64,000 nucleotides of DNA, from the NCBI GenBank assembly GCA_964016885.1, contig OZ024741.1, forward strand, positions 361,088,001-361,152,000. The letters run 5' to 3'. Made by a program: the position numbers and the translations under genes. The notes beneath the pieces were generated by a model. The model searched no databases and was not told the origin of the DNA. It saw only the letters and a list, made by a program, of their open reading frames with translations. Below are positions 1 through 11,904 of the stretch, one piece after another (positions within the stretch are counted from its first letter, which is position 1; the number at the start of each line of letters is the position of its first letter). The stretch comes from Eledone cirrhosa (lineage: Eukaryota).

Positions 1-277
1 TATTATTACACATCCAGCGGAGCATGCAAGCTTCGTTCCTCTCTAGTCTGCGTATATCCTCTGCACACAATGCCCAGGTCTCACTGCCATGCAACATTGC
101 TGTTCGTATGCAGGCATCATACAACCTGCCTTTCATTTTTAGGGAGAATCCTTTAGCGGCTAATAGTGGTATAAGCTCTCTGAACTTTTTCCATCCAGTT
201 CTGACTCTAGCTACTGTACTTTCAGAGCACCCTGCCCCACTGCTGATTTTGTCACCCAGGTAACGGAAGCTGTCCAA
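1..277 (-). mobile_element. RTE-clade LINE, C-terminal ORF fragment (window edge)
   Basis: Near-identical to 1293-1547 of the next copy; minus strand encodes ...FRYLGDKISSGAGCSESTVARVRTGWKKFRELIP...MLHGSETW. Confidence 0.85.
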
Positions 278-285
278 TATATATA

Positions 286-490
286 TCATCATCATCATCA
301 TCACCGTTTTACGTCCGTTCTTCCACGCTAGCATGGGTTAGACGGGTTGTCCTGTTGTGGGCAGTGTCTGGTCGGCTGACCATGCCTTGCTCATACAGGG
401 GCTGATCTGGCTTGATTTCTACAGCTGGATGCCCTTCCTAACACCAACCTCATTTACAGTGAGTGCTGGGTGCTTTTTCGTGGCGCCTAT
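286..490 (-). mobile_element. RTE LINE 3' UTR/tail fragment (subfamily 2)
   Basis: (CAT)n tail followed by sequence matching 4178-4390. Confidence 0.8.
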
Positions 491-523
491 ACGTTTATGT
501 ATATATATATATATGTATATATA

Positions 524-585
<62 letters not shown>

Positions 586-587
<2 letters not shown>

Positions 588-2650
588 TCATCATCATCAT
601 CATCATCATCAACGTTTAACGTCCGTGTTCCACGCTTGCATGGGTTTGGACGGGGGTAGTCCCACTTGAGGCAAGAGTGATTGTCTTGCTCGCATAGGAC
701 TGTCTGGCAGGTTTTCTACAGTTGGATGCCCTTCCTAACACCAACCACATTTACAGTGTGGGTCTGGGAGGTTTTTACCGTGTTGCCCACACGGCCACAT
801 TACAGCGTGGACTGTGTGTTTTTTTGTCGTGACACCTACACGATCTCATTTGTTTCGGCCTCGATGGCGCGGCACCAACATAACTTTACATAGAACGGGG
901 TGGTGTGGATCGGGTGGGGGTGGTGGTGGTGGGACGGGGTGTATTTTGTTAGAGATGCCTACTGGCTGGAGTAGGTTTTACTATATATTTAGGTAAGGCG
1001 GGTCTTCTCTGTTACTGAGTACCGCCAAAGGTCTCGGTCCAGTGACATTGTCTTGGAGAGGTGTAAGTGTGTGATGTCGGAGTTTATCAGCTCGTCCCAG
1101 GTTTTTCTAGGTCTGCCTATTCCGTGACTACCGTCTATCTTTATTGCCCTGCACTTTGTTATACAGCTATCGACTTTCATGCGCATCACGTGTCCATACC
1201 AACGTAGCCTTCTCTCGAGTAAACAACATCTGATCCCTCTTATCTCTAATTTTTTCCTTAGTTCGTTTATGCTTTGCCGTTCACGTATATTACTGTTACA
1301 CATCCAGCGGAGCATGCAAGCTTATATCCTCTGCACACAATGCCCAGGTCTCACTGCCATGCAGCATTGCTGTTCGTATGCAGGCATCGTACAACCTGCC
1401 TTTCATTTTTAGTGAGAACCCTTTAGCAGCTAATAGTGGTATAAGCTCTCTGAACTTTTTCCAACCAGTTCTGACTCTAGCTACAGTACTTTCAGAGCAC
1501 CCTCCCCCACTGCTGATTTTATCGCCCAGGTAACGGAAGCTGTCCACTATTTCTATAGAACCCTCTGCGCAATTGAAAGAGCTAGTAGTTTGTGGGCACT
1601 TGCTGCTACTTATTGCACCAGAGCACCGGCCACATGTAAAATCTATGTTCTTAGTTAGCTTACCTGTGATCCCACTACATCTTTTATGCACCCATACTTT
1701 GCATTTAGGACATAAAATGGAGTTTCTACCTACGCCTTTCCTACACACCGAGCACGACCATTTCCCAGAAGGGACCGCCGCCTTGTTTTCTTTCCTACAA
1801 ACTAGTACTTTGGTCTTAGCCAGGTTAATTTTAAGTCCTTTTGACTCTAGGCCGTGCTTCCATGTTTGGAATTTCTTCTCTAGCTCGGCCATTGATTCCG
1901 CTATGAGTGTCAGGTCGTCTGCGTATAGGAGTTCCCATGGGCAGCCTGTCTTGAACTCCTCTGTTATAGCCTGAAGGGCAATAATAAATAGTAGTGGACT
2001 GAGAACAGAGCCCTGATGGACGCCAACTTTTACGCTAAACTCTTCACTATATTCGTTGTTAATTCTAACCTTGCTGACTGTTTCTTTATACATGGCTTGT
2101 ATAGCCCTCACAAGCCATTCGTCAACGCCTAGTTTTCTAAGAGCCCACCAGATAATGGAGCGGGGGACTCTGTCGAAGGCTTTCTCCAAGTCGACAAAAG
2201 CTAAGTAGAGGGGTTTACCTTTAGCTAGGTACTTCTCCTGTAGTTGTCGTACTATGAAAAGAGCGTCTGTGGTACTTTTGCCTGACACAAACCCGAACTG
2301 CATTTCATCTAGGTCAATTCTCTCTCTGATTAGTTGCGCTATTACTTTTTCCGTGACCTTCATGACCTGGTCGATTAATTTAATGCCTCTATAGTTACTC
2401 CTATCTAGGGCGTCTCCTTTACCCTTATAACAGTTAACGATGATGCTGCTATGCCAGTCCTTCGGAACAACCCCATTCTGTACGACTTGGTTAACTATGC
2501 GGGTGACCATGGTGTGTCCCACCGTGCCAGATGCCTTCAGCATCTCAGCAACTATTTCCGAAGGCCCAGCCGCCTTACCAGTCTTCATATCCTTGATTGC
2601 CTTACTTATTATACTCCCCTCGACTAACACTGCTGGTCCCTCTATTGGGT
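586..2650 (-). mobile_element. 5'-truncated RTE LINE (subfamily 1) with (GAT)n tail
   Basis: ORFs 1296-2747 and 989-1315 carry RT motifs (KAAGPSEI, NYRGIKL, QFGF, FVDLEKAFDRV, GVHQGSVLSPLLF, LYADD, FRYLG) and the RTE C-terminus RRLRWYGHVMRM...GRPRKTW; 20-nt deletion near 1322 (vs copy at 1-277) shifts the frame; 3' UTR 611-988. Confidence 0.92.
989..2650 (-). pseudogene. Reverse transcriptase with inserted PHD-type zinc finger (frameshifted, 5'-truncated)
   Basis: RT motifs plus CSVC-x10-CPKC-x4-H-x2-C-x14-CGRC between KTKVL and FRYLG. Confidence 0.88.
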
Positions 2651-2669
2651 ATATATATATATATATATA

Positions 2670-3420
2670 TAATAAAGTATATATCCCTACACGCACAAAG
2701 CGCATAGGGACACATGTATTGTCCAACCATATGCCAATGTGGTTCAATGGCAGGTTAATAAATTAACGAGCCAGAACATATATAATCAAGGTTTAGGAAA
2801 TAAGAAAAAGTTTCAAAATAAATTTAAAAAAATTAACTTTACTCACTATGGTTACCTTTACCGAATCGGTTTCGAGTTTCAAAAATAAATGGACAGTCCT
2901 TACAGCATCCATTGCAAAGAATATAAAATTTATTATTATTCTCCTCTTGGTCGAAAAAAAAATTTGATCGTTCGGACTGCTGCTAGTTATAGTAGTAGTA
3001 GACTGACCTCCCTGCCTTTGCTTCTATCTTTACACACGGCACTTGAAGGAATTGCTCCCACATCATTTATTCTCATCTCGGGAACAATTTTGAATAGCGC
3101 CAGTTCGTAATTTGAACTCAGGAATTTTATATTCTCCGAGTGAAAAGATCCTTCTGATAAGAGTTTTTCTTTGCAATGGATGCTGTAAGGACTGTCTATT
3201 TATTTTTGAAACTCGAAACCGATTCGGTAAAGGTAACCATTAATTTATTTTGAAACTTTTTCTTATTATTATACACCTCAACAACATGTGTACTCGTCTC
3301 TACCACACTAATTCGGACTGCCTGAAGAGGTCACAGCCAAAGATGGCTGTCACCGAAATATATATAGCAGTAATAAAGGAAGCCAAATTTTAAACATTTG
3401 ACTTATTATATTCTTATAAT
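2670..3420 (+). mobile_element. Non-coding Penelope-pLTR/retrozyme-like unit with inverted 5' partial copy
   Basis: 2799-2921 is an inverted copy of 3167-3267; contains hammerhead at 3317-3371 followed by AATAAA; begins in (TA)n. Confidence 0.65.
3317..3371 (+). ncRNA. Type I hammerhead ribozyme (minimal stem III)
   Basis: ACTGC-CTGAAGA-GGTCACAGCC(AAAGAT)GGCTGTCACC-GAAA-TATATA-TA-GCAGT, then AATAAA. Confidence 0.8.
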
Positions 3421-3426
3421 CTTATT

Positions 3427-4165
3427 ATAATCTTTGTGTGTTGGTATCTTAACGATAGTTATAGCTCTGATTTATCTGAATTATTGAGCCCTCTGCCACT
3501 CATTTCGGATTTGTTTATCGTAAATTCGTGAGCTGATTTTCCGATACTCGATTATTCTATTATATTTAGCTCTAGACATAGCTATTGACCAGTTAATTTT
3601 ATTGTTCATTTTTTGTCGATTCTATTGAATGATGAATAGCTCCTGTTTATTTTAACATGTCTATCGAGCACTCTTATTCGATATGTGTATTCCACATTAC
3701 CGATTATCTTTCGCGAATATAGAGGTTTTCTCCCTTGCTGGACTCCATGTGCGTCTAGCTATAGTTAACTTCTTCATTCGCCGGACATGGCCCGTTGATA
3801 AAGTTGTTCCGGTCCCTCCTCTCCCTAGAAGTCTTATATATTTTTATGTGGGCTGATAGGGGGCGGATTAAGGAATAGCAGAAACCCAAGAAGCTAGATT
3901 TACCACCTTTCTAGTGGGTCCGGGTAAGTTTTTACATTCATATAAATTATTGATTTATTTATATTTTATCTGAGTGACCCAAATCTTCCTGGTCGTTATT
4001 TTTCGGCTGCACGGGTGATTTTAGGCATAATCTTTGTGTGTTGGTATCTTAACGATAGTTATAGCTCTGATTTATCTGAATTATTGAGCCCTCTGCCACT
4101 CATTTCGGATTTGTTTATCGTAAATTCGTGAGCTGATTTTCCGATACTCGATTATTCTATTATAT
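3427..4165 (+). mobile_element. Non-coding 600-nt tandem unit (pLTR/retrozyme-like)
   Basis: Direct repeat 3427-3565 = 4027-4165 (period 600), ends in (TA)n, internal hammerhead. Confidence 0.7.
3790..3925 (+). ncRNA. Type I hammerhead ribozyme, U3-A8 core variant, extended stems II and III
   Basis: GCCCG-TTGATAA-A-GTTGTTCC...GGAATAGC-A-GAAA-CCCA...TGGG-TC-CGGGT. Confidence 0.7.
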
Positions 4166-4177
4166 ATATATATATAT

Positions 4178-6553
4178 CATCATCATCATCATCATCACCG
4201 TTTTTACGTCTGTTCTTCCACGCTAGCATGGGTTAGACGGGTTGTCCTGTTGTGGGCAGTGTCTGGTCGGCTGACCATGCCTTGCTCATACAGGAACTGA
4301 TTTGGCTTGATTTCTACAGCTGGATGCCCTTCCTAACACCAATCTCATTTACAGTGAGTGCTGGGTACTTTTTTTCCGTGGTGCCTACACGTCCACTTTA
4401 CAGTGTGGGCTGGGTGCTTTTTTTCCGTGGCACCTCCACGACCACCTTGCGGTGGGGGGTGTGGGGGCATATTGTCTATATGCTTCAGCTTGTACCCATG
4501 GGAGGTCGGGTACTCTGTATTACTGCGTGACGCCAGAAGTCACGGTCGTGTGTCATTGTCTTTGAGAGGTGTAATTGGGTAAGGTCACCTTTTATCACCT
4601 CATCCCAGGTCATCTTGGGTCTCCCCACTCCGCGGTTTCCATCAACTTCTAGTGCTCTGCACCTTTTTATGCAGCTATCATCCTTCATACGCATCACATG
4701 TCCATACCAGCGCAACTGCTTCTCCTGCACACAGCATTTGATTCCTCTTATGCTCAGTCTCTCTCTCAATTCATTTATGCTTTGTCGTTCACGTATATTA
4801 TTGTTACACATCCATCGGAGCATGCAGGCTTCGTTTCTCTCTAATCTACGTAAGTCTTCCACCTTCAGCGCCCAGGTCTCGCTACCATGCAACATCGCTG
4901 TTCGGATACACGCATCATACAGTCTGCCTTTCATTCTGAGGGAGAAGCCTTTTGCAGCTAGCAGTGGTAGTAGTTCCCTAAACTTCTTCCATCCCGTTCT
5001 TACCCTAGTTATTGCACTTTCTGAACACCCACCTCCGTTGCTAATTCGGTCACCTAGGTAGCAGAAGCTGTCAACTGTTTCTACAGGGCCCTCCCAGAGA
5101 TTGGTGGTACTTGTTTCCTGTGGCTGTTTGCTGTTTGCTGTCTCAGCATAGCTGCTGCATGTGAATCCTACATTCTTAATTAAGCTTCCTGAGATCCCGC
5201 TACATCTCTTGTGTACCCATTGTTTGCATTTGGGGCAGAGAATGGAGTTCCTACCTACACCTTTCCTACATACTGAGCAAGGCCATTTCCCTGAGGGGAT
5301 CTGGGTTATGTTTTCTCGTCTACTTACAAGGACCTTAGTCTTTGTCATGTTGACTTTGAGACCCTTTCTTTCTAGTCCCTGCTTCCAGGTTTGGAATTTA
5401 TTCTCTAGTTCTACTATAGATTCAGCTATGAGTGCGAGGTCATCAGCATACAGGAGTTCTCATGGGCATCCGGTCTTAAACTCCTCCGTTATTGCCTGCA
5501 GGACTATGATGAACAGGAGAGGGCTAAGAACAGAGCCCTGGTGGACCCCAACCTGTACGCTAAATTCCTCGCTATACTCATTGCTAATCCTAACTTTGCT
5601 GACTGCTCCCCTATACATGGCTTGTACCGCTTTCACAAGCCATTCATCTACTCCTAGTTTTCTAAGAGCCCACCAGATTACAGCACGTGGAACTCTGTCA
5701 AAGGCTTTCTCAAGGTCGACAAATGCCAAGTAGAGTGGCTTACTTTTAGCTAGGTACTTTTCCTGTAATTGCCTCACAAGGAAGAGGACATCAGTGGTGC
5801 CTCTTCCTGGTACAAACCCAAATTGCATCTCGTCTATTTTCACCCGGTCCCTAATCAGCTGTGCTATAACTCTTTCTGTTACTTTCATGACCTGGTCCAT
5901 CAACTTTATACCTCTATAGTTTCCTCTATCTAGTGCATCGCCTTTACCTTTGTAGCAGTTGACAATGATGCTACTGCACCAATCTTTTGGTATGGCCCCT
6001 TCTAGTATTACCTGGTTAACGATACGTGTGGTTATTATAGTGTGACCTACAGATCCAGATGCCTTCAGCATCTCGGCAGCTATACCCGATGGACCGGTTG
6101 CCTTCCCCATCTTCATATCTCTGATTGCCTTACTTACTACGCTGCCGCTGACTTGTACTGCTGGTCCCTCTATAGGGTCTACTTGGGGTAGGGTCTCTTC
6201 TTCCCATGCATTCTCCTCATTTAGTAATCTATCATAATGACTCTCCCATGCATCTTTCTTCTCAGCACTTGTGAGGGCAAGCTCACCTTTATCATTCCGG
6301 ATACACTTCTCTCCAATGACATCACAACTATCTCTGACACACTGCCTCGCAATCTTGAATACCTCCTGTTTCTGGTCCTCACGTTGTAAAACATGCTTGA
6401 ATTTTCTATCCTCTGCTTCCCTCCTAGCTAAGTATACTTGTCGCCTAGCTTCCCTCTTGGTCTCTATGTAATGTACCCTGCTCCCCCCGTTCTTCCATTC
6501 TTTCCATGCCTATCTCTTGGCCTTGACTGCTTCATCTACCTTATTGTTCCCCA
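4178..6553 (-). mobile_element. 5'-truncated RTE LINE (subfamily 2)
   Basis: ORFs 5460-6116 and 4485-5348 are in one frame separated by a W-to-stop codon; RT + PHD-like finger + RTE C-terminus; (CAT)n tail at 4178-4197. Confidence 0.92.
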
Positions 6554-6592
<39 letters not shown>

Positions 6593-6609
6593 CATATATA
6601 TAAGTGGTG

Positions 6610-6664
6610 AGTCTTGTTACTTTGGAGTTTCAGCTGTACACTCACAGGATCATCAGACAAGACT
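6610..6664 (-). ncRNA. Type I hammerhead ribozyme
   Basis: Minus strand: AGTCTTGT-CTGATGA-TC-CTGT(GAGTGT)ACAG-CT-GAAA-CT(CCAA)AG-TA-ACAAGACT; lies in a ~165-nt island between TA tracts. Confidence 0.78.
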
Positions 6665-8199
6665 GGCTCAACTCCAGTGTAACAAGACTGACTACTTAGC
6701 CATAATAAAGAAAATTTAAACTTCGGTATTGAGTACTCATTCTCACGTCCGTCAATAAGATACGGATATATATATATGCATGTGTGTGTATGTGTATACA
6801 CACACTCACACATATATACACATACATGTCCGGTGACTTGTGTAAGTTACTTTCACTTGTTTTTCAACCTAAAATAATATTTAACAGGACTGTGTTTCCT
6901 AAATGTTATTGCATCGTCACGACTTCAGGTGGTGTTTTGGGACACCTTTGTATACTGCTCATCCTGTAACCTCCGCCTTTTTTCTATCTAAGATAGAAAT
7001 ATTCAGGAATCACTGTATACTACTTATATTAGTTACTTCCCCTGTGAATAATGACAGAGTCAAGGGAAGTAACTAATATATGTTTTACTAATTTATTATA
7101 TTTGAATCTATTGAACTGTGTGATTCTTTTATTATCATATTTAAACATTTTTTTTACTGGTTTCAGACATTAGACTGTCTGGCGTTATTATTTGTACAAC
7201 TTGTCTGCATCGTATCCTGCTTCCAATTGTAAGACTTTTATTATTTGATTACGTATTCGTTTTTCTGTCCTAGCCGAAAGAAACTCAGTTGCCCTTTGTT
7301 TCTAGGTTATTGTGTTGTCTCATATGCATCCTCCTGACGTTTTGTTTTAAGCTGTCATGCAACCAATATTATTGAATACTACCCTTATCCACAAAATTGC
7401 AGTGGCCAGGGGGTGGTTGAAGAGGAAGATAGATGCCTTTGTTAATTTGTCCCACATATTTCCTTTTTTCTCATGTGCAACTCCCCCTCTTTCTATATAT
7501 ATCAAATCTGTCCACTCTCCTTGTCTGGCAGGGATATTTCCCTGTTTTGGCTCATTTCTCCCCGTCTCCCCATTTTTCTGAAAATGAGTATAGCTTTCAT
7601 TATGTAAAATCTTTTTTTCATGGTACTCCCTGTTTGGGGTTTTAGAGGTTGGCAGGTCTGATATATGTTTCACTCACAAAATTTCACTCAGAAAACATTG
7701 GCCAACAGGAGTCTATAAAAGAAGATATTTCTGCGTTGGCATGCAATAGTAGTAAAGCATTTGATTGTGAAGTGACAATGCTTACCCACACAACCATGTC
7801 TGTGTGGTGTGTGCAAAAGGAAAATGTGAGTGTTAAAGATATATAGATAGATGGATTGATGGATAGATGGACAGACGGGCAGACAGACAGACAAAAAAGC
7901 ACACATACACATACATACATAATTGCTTCACAGGAGGACAGGAATAAAAACCTTACCCATAACTTCTTTGCGATGACCTGAAACTCTATGCCAAGGGTAT
8001 AAATGGGATGAAGAAAAATGTTGACCTTGTTAGGATATACTCAAAAGATATAGGAATGGATTTTGACCAGGATAAATGTTCATATGACTATAAAACAGGG
8101 AAAAACTACAAGCCAATCTAGCGATATTTCTATCAATGGCCTAACTATTTCACTAATATATGACAAGGACTGCTACAGATACTTAGGGATAAATGAAAA

Positions 8200-8537
8200 T
8201 ACATTGTTTCCTATGCCTACAAAGTCAGAAAACAGTACAGCTCTCATAACTTTCGGAAACATTTTTTCATGCTCAGAGTTGCTGAAGCATGGAACAAACT
8301 ACCTGCATCAGTTGTTAGCTGCCGAGACACTGCATCCTTTAAAACCTCCATGCTTCCTGAAATTTGCCAACACTACACCTAATATCCCCCTCCATACACA
8401 CGGACACATGTATATCATGACTCATACACTGTTCACTTTCCTGACATTTGTATATTATTCTATGTATTATACATGCACCTTTGATGAGTTGTAATGCACC
8501 TGAGCACTGTACACAATAATTTCATTATTATTATTAT
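8200..8537 (+). mobile_element. CR1-type LINE 3' end nested in the R4-like element
   Basis: Translates HNFRKHFFMLRVAEAWNKLPASVVSCRDTASFKTS; (ATT)n tail. Confidence 0.75.
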
Positions 8538-8540
8538 ATG

Positions 8541-8730
8541 ATGGTGGATTGGCAGTATCAGTAGAGGGTCAGAGGCCATTCTTTGAAGCAAAGAGTTACA
8601 GCCCTTTCCATTCTGAGTTCAAATCCCACTGAGGTTAACTTTGCCTTTCATCCTTACGGGGTCGATAAAATAAAGTACCAGTAATGCAATGGGTAATCGC
8701 TGGCCTTGTGCCAAAAATAGAAACAATTAT
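8541..8730 (+). mobile_element. tRNA-derived SINE with Meta-like central domain
   Basis: A-box-like TGGCAGTATCAG, B-box GAGTTCAAATCC, GCCTTTCATCC..GGGGTCGATAAA..AGTACCAG; flanked by duplicated ATTATTATATGATGGT; many copies in window. Confidence 0.75.
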
Positions 8731-10127
8731 TATATGATGGTATTTGTAGCAAAGAACAAATAACCAGGGAATATAAGACCCAAATAAGAAAAATATGGTC
8801 TTCTGAACTCTCTGTGCACACTAAAACAGTGGCTCACAATGTGTTTGCTGTGCCTGTCCTAACACCAACATTTGGCCTACTTGATTAGGTGATAGATGAA
8901 ATCTGAGCCATCGATGTTAAAACCCCCAAAATCCTAGCCAACGCTGAAAATTTCCACATGAATAGTGAATGACTTTACCTGAAACCTAAAAATGCAGGCA
9001 GAGGCTTAACATCAATCCAGACAGTATTTAAGTGTCACATCATATCCCTCTGACAAAATATATAAATCACCAACCATAGGAACCCATCTATTAAATAAGT
9101 CTGTCTCCATGAGATATGTAACATCATGAGAGTTAGGAAGGAACTCCTTGAGAAATACTCACTGCATGATAACCAAAATTTCACACCCAGGGAAATTGCA
9201 TAGCAATACTCTAATGAATTGATGGATGAAAAACAGCATGCTTATCAGCAGAAAATCATGCATGGTTATGTTGTCAGGAAGCTCCAAAGTGAGAGTAATA
9301 TAGTTAAGCAAAGTAGTCTATCTTGGACCAACACCTGCTATATTGACTCTCATTTTGAATGATATTCTTTTGCGAAACAAGAACAGGAAATCAACATGTA
9401 ATACCTGATTCACAAAAGAGATAGGGATGCAGGCAAAGCACCTAGATGTGACAAAAAATGCAGACTCTGCAGAAATAACATCGAAGATGTCATCCATATG
9501 ATAAGTAACTATCCAAAGATGTCATCACGGTACTATCTACCTATGAGACATGATGTAGTGGCTAAATCACTATATATTGCAATCAGTAGAAAGGATAGTC
9601 CTGACAATAAACATAAACAGTTATAGCATTGTGGAGGACAGATATATACATAATATGAAAGAGTACTGGTGGAATGTTACAGTCAAATCCCCAATAAAAT
9701 GCAAGCATAACAGACCAGATATAATGATATGGGACAGAGAAAGGAAGGCATGCACAGTAGAGGAAATAAGCTGCCCTTCAGATGTCTATATAATGCTAAA
9801 TATTAGTGAAAAAGAGAACAATTATACTGAACTAATGAGGAATCTGCAGATATTCCACTCTGATTATTGGAGCACTGGGATATGTTAGTAACTGCCTCAG
9901 TAAAAATCTTGAGAAGCTGGGCTTAACAGCACCAGAGAGAGCATGGATAGTTAGGAAGTTACAAGTACCATCCATTAATGGAACTATAAAAGTATGTAAA
10001 ACATTTGAGAAATTCTGCATGCAATAACTGCATATACACATGTATAGACACAGAAACATGGATGTGTACACATATACCTCAAAACATGCTGATCCACACA
10101 TACAATAACATTCATATCTGCGCACGG

Positions 10128-10184
<57 letters not shown>

Positions 10185-10314
10185 GACATGCATTCATATT
10201 TACCTAGTTGATGTCTAAATTCCAATGAAAGAGTCGTGTGTCTATGTTAGAAACTGACTCCCTTTCTATTGGTGAAAATTTATAAAATAAAACCGGAACA
10301 CACACATACATACA

Positions 10315-10352
<38 letters not shown>

Positions 10353-10369
10353 TATTATATATATACATA

Positions 10370-10920
10370 TATTCTTCTTTCTTCTCATGTTTTTTATATA
10401 TATTTACCTCGGCTGCGTTTGTCTGTTTCTCTCTTACTGCTTCCTCGTTCTCTCTGTTGCTCTCACCTTCTTTCGCCCCCTCTGTCAGTTACACTTTCTC
10501 TCGACTGACCTCTTCCTCGCACTTCCACTCACTCACTCTTTGTTTCTCCCCTTCTCACTTCCTCCCGTTTGGCTAGTAGTGGGTTCTCTTCTTGCTCACA
10601 TCTCACTCACGTCGGACGGTCTGTAGCTTGATCGCTCATGAAATCCACCCAGCTTAGGCTGACCGGATAACCATGTTGCTTGTTTATTCCCATCTTTGCG
10701 TTACTTTCATCCTTCTATGTTGTTTACTTGTCTCACTCGCTTTACGCGATTTACTTGTCCCAATAGCTTTTTTTAGTTATTGCTCGCACCAACCTGAGGT
10801 ATATGATTTTTAATGCGATGAAATATCAATGATGGTTGGCAAATCACTGACGAAGGACTAATTTTATCATATGTAACTCATGTGCAACCACGAAGTATTC
10901 TTCTTTCTTCTCATGTTTTT
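10370..10920 (+). mobile_element. Non-coding ~525-nt unit with terminal direct repeat in (TA)n
   Basis: TATTCTTCTTTCTTCTCATGTTTTT at ~10370 and ~10896; partial hammerhead core CTGACGA at 10847. Confidence 0.5.
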
Positions 10921-11514
10921 ATATATATATATATATATATTAATGTAATTAATGTAATTTAGGATAATAAATTTAGCTATGAAAATCAGCTAGTTACCTC
11001 CCCTTACGCATTAACTCCCCTTAGTCACACACACACTTCCGGAATATAATACAATGTCATCTCACACAACTAAAACAACCTGATCTATTAATCAAATTAA
11101 GAAACGACAAGATATGGTTTATAACTTGGTTCTCCAGACACCCAATGCTGAATCATCGTGGATTGTGTGATAGACCTGTAGTCTATATATTGCGTTTCAT
11201 GGATTGTGTGAGTGGTGGTGTGTGCGAAGACAGTGGTGCTGTTTTGCCTCTTTTATAATATGTTTGATATGTTTGGTGTTTCTCTACTTTCGGGATTGTA
11301 TATCGTACAGGTGTATGCGAAAAAATGATTTAACAATACGGCCCACATGATACTATTGATTGCCTGCTTTAACTGCCTGATTCTACAAGTAACAATCTGC
11401 CGCACTCTAATCCTGTATAAATAAGACACGCGTGCATGCCACACGCGAGATTGTTTCATACACTGACTACTCTAAACTTTCCTCTTGCTTTATCTTCATA
11501 AACTGCCAATGTTT

Positions 11515-11570
11515 TATTTTAATTTTAATTTTAATTTTAATTTTAATTTTAATTTTAATTTTAATTTTAA
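11515..11570. repeat. (AATTTT)n hexanucleotide microsatellite
   Basis: Direct reading. Confidence 0.9.
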
Positions 11571-11709
11571 TCCTTTAACCTTTATATGTAAATTGCCATG
11601 CTATATCATTATGATGGATGTCAACCCACTGTGGGTCAATATATGCATACGTTTTTATATGTCTCTTGTGTTGAAAAGGAGGTCAAGTATGTTATAGATC
11701 ACTAAATAG

Positions 11710-11758
11710 TTGCTCCGAAGAATCCAAACCTCGGTTTGGAGGAAACAATTGTAAGCAA
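11710..11758 (+). ncRNA. Type I hammerhead ribozyme, U4C core variant
   Basis: TTGCT-CCGAAGA-A-TCCAAACC(TC)GGTTTGGA-G-GAAA-CAATTG-TA-AGCAA, overlapping AATAAA. Confidence 0.72.
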
Positions 11759-11789
11759 ATAAATGATTTAAACTGAACTTTGATTATTG

Positions 11790-11902
<113 letters not shown>

Positions 11903-11904
11903 TA

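Larger units (their letters stand above)
7925..10300 (+). mobile_element. Degenerate R4/Dong-like non-LTR retrotransposon (RT, CCHC knuckle, restriction-like endonuclease)
   Basis: Frame-broken motifs FAMT/DDLKLYA, YRYLGINEN, GRGLTS, CRLC..IEDVIH..S..P, RHDVVAK, WWN..K..HNRPDIMIWD...EEISCP...KENNY (ORF 9577-9888). Confidence 0.8.

Noticed and set aside
10841-10880. Hammerhead at CTGACGA-AGGACTA
   Set aside because: 3' strand of stem II and GAAA missing, stem I does not pair; at best a deleted relic.
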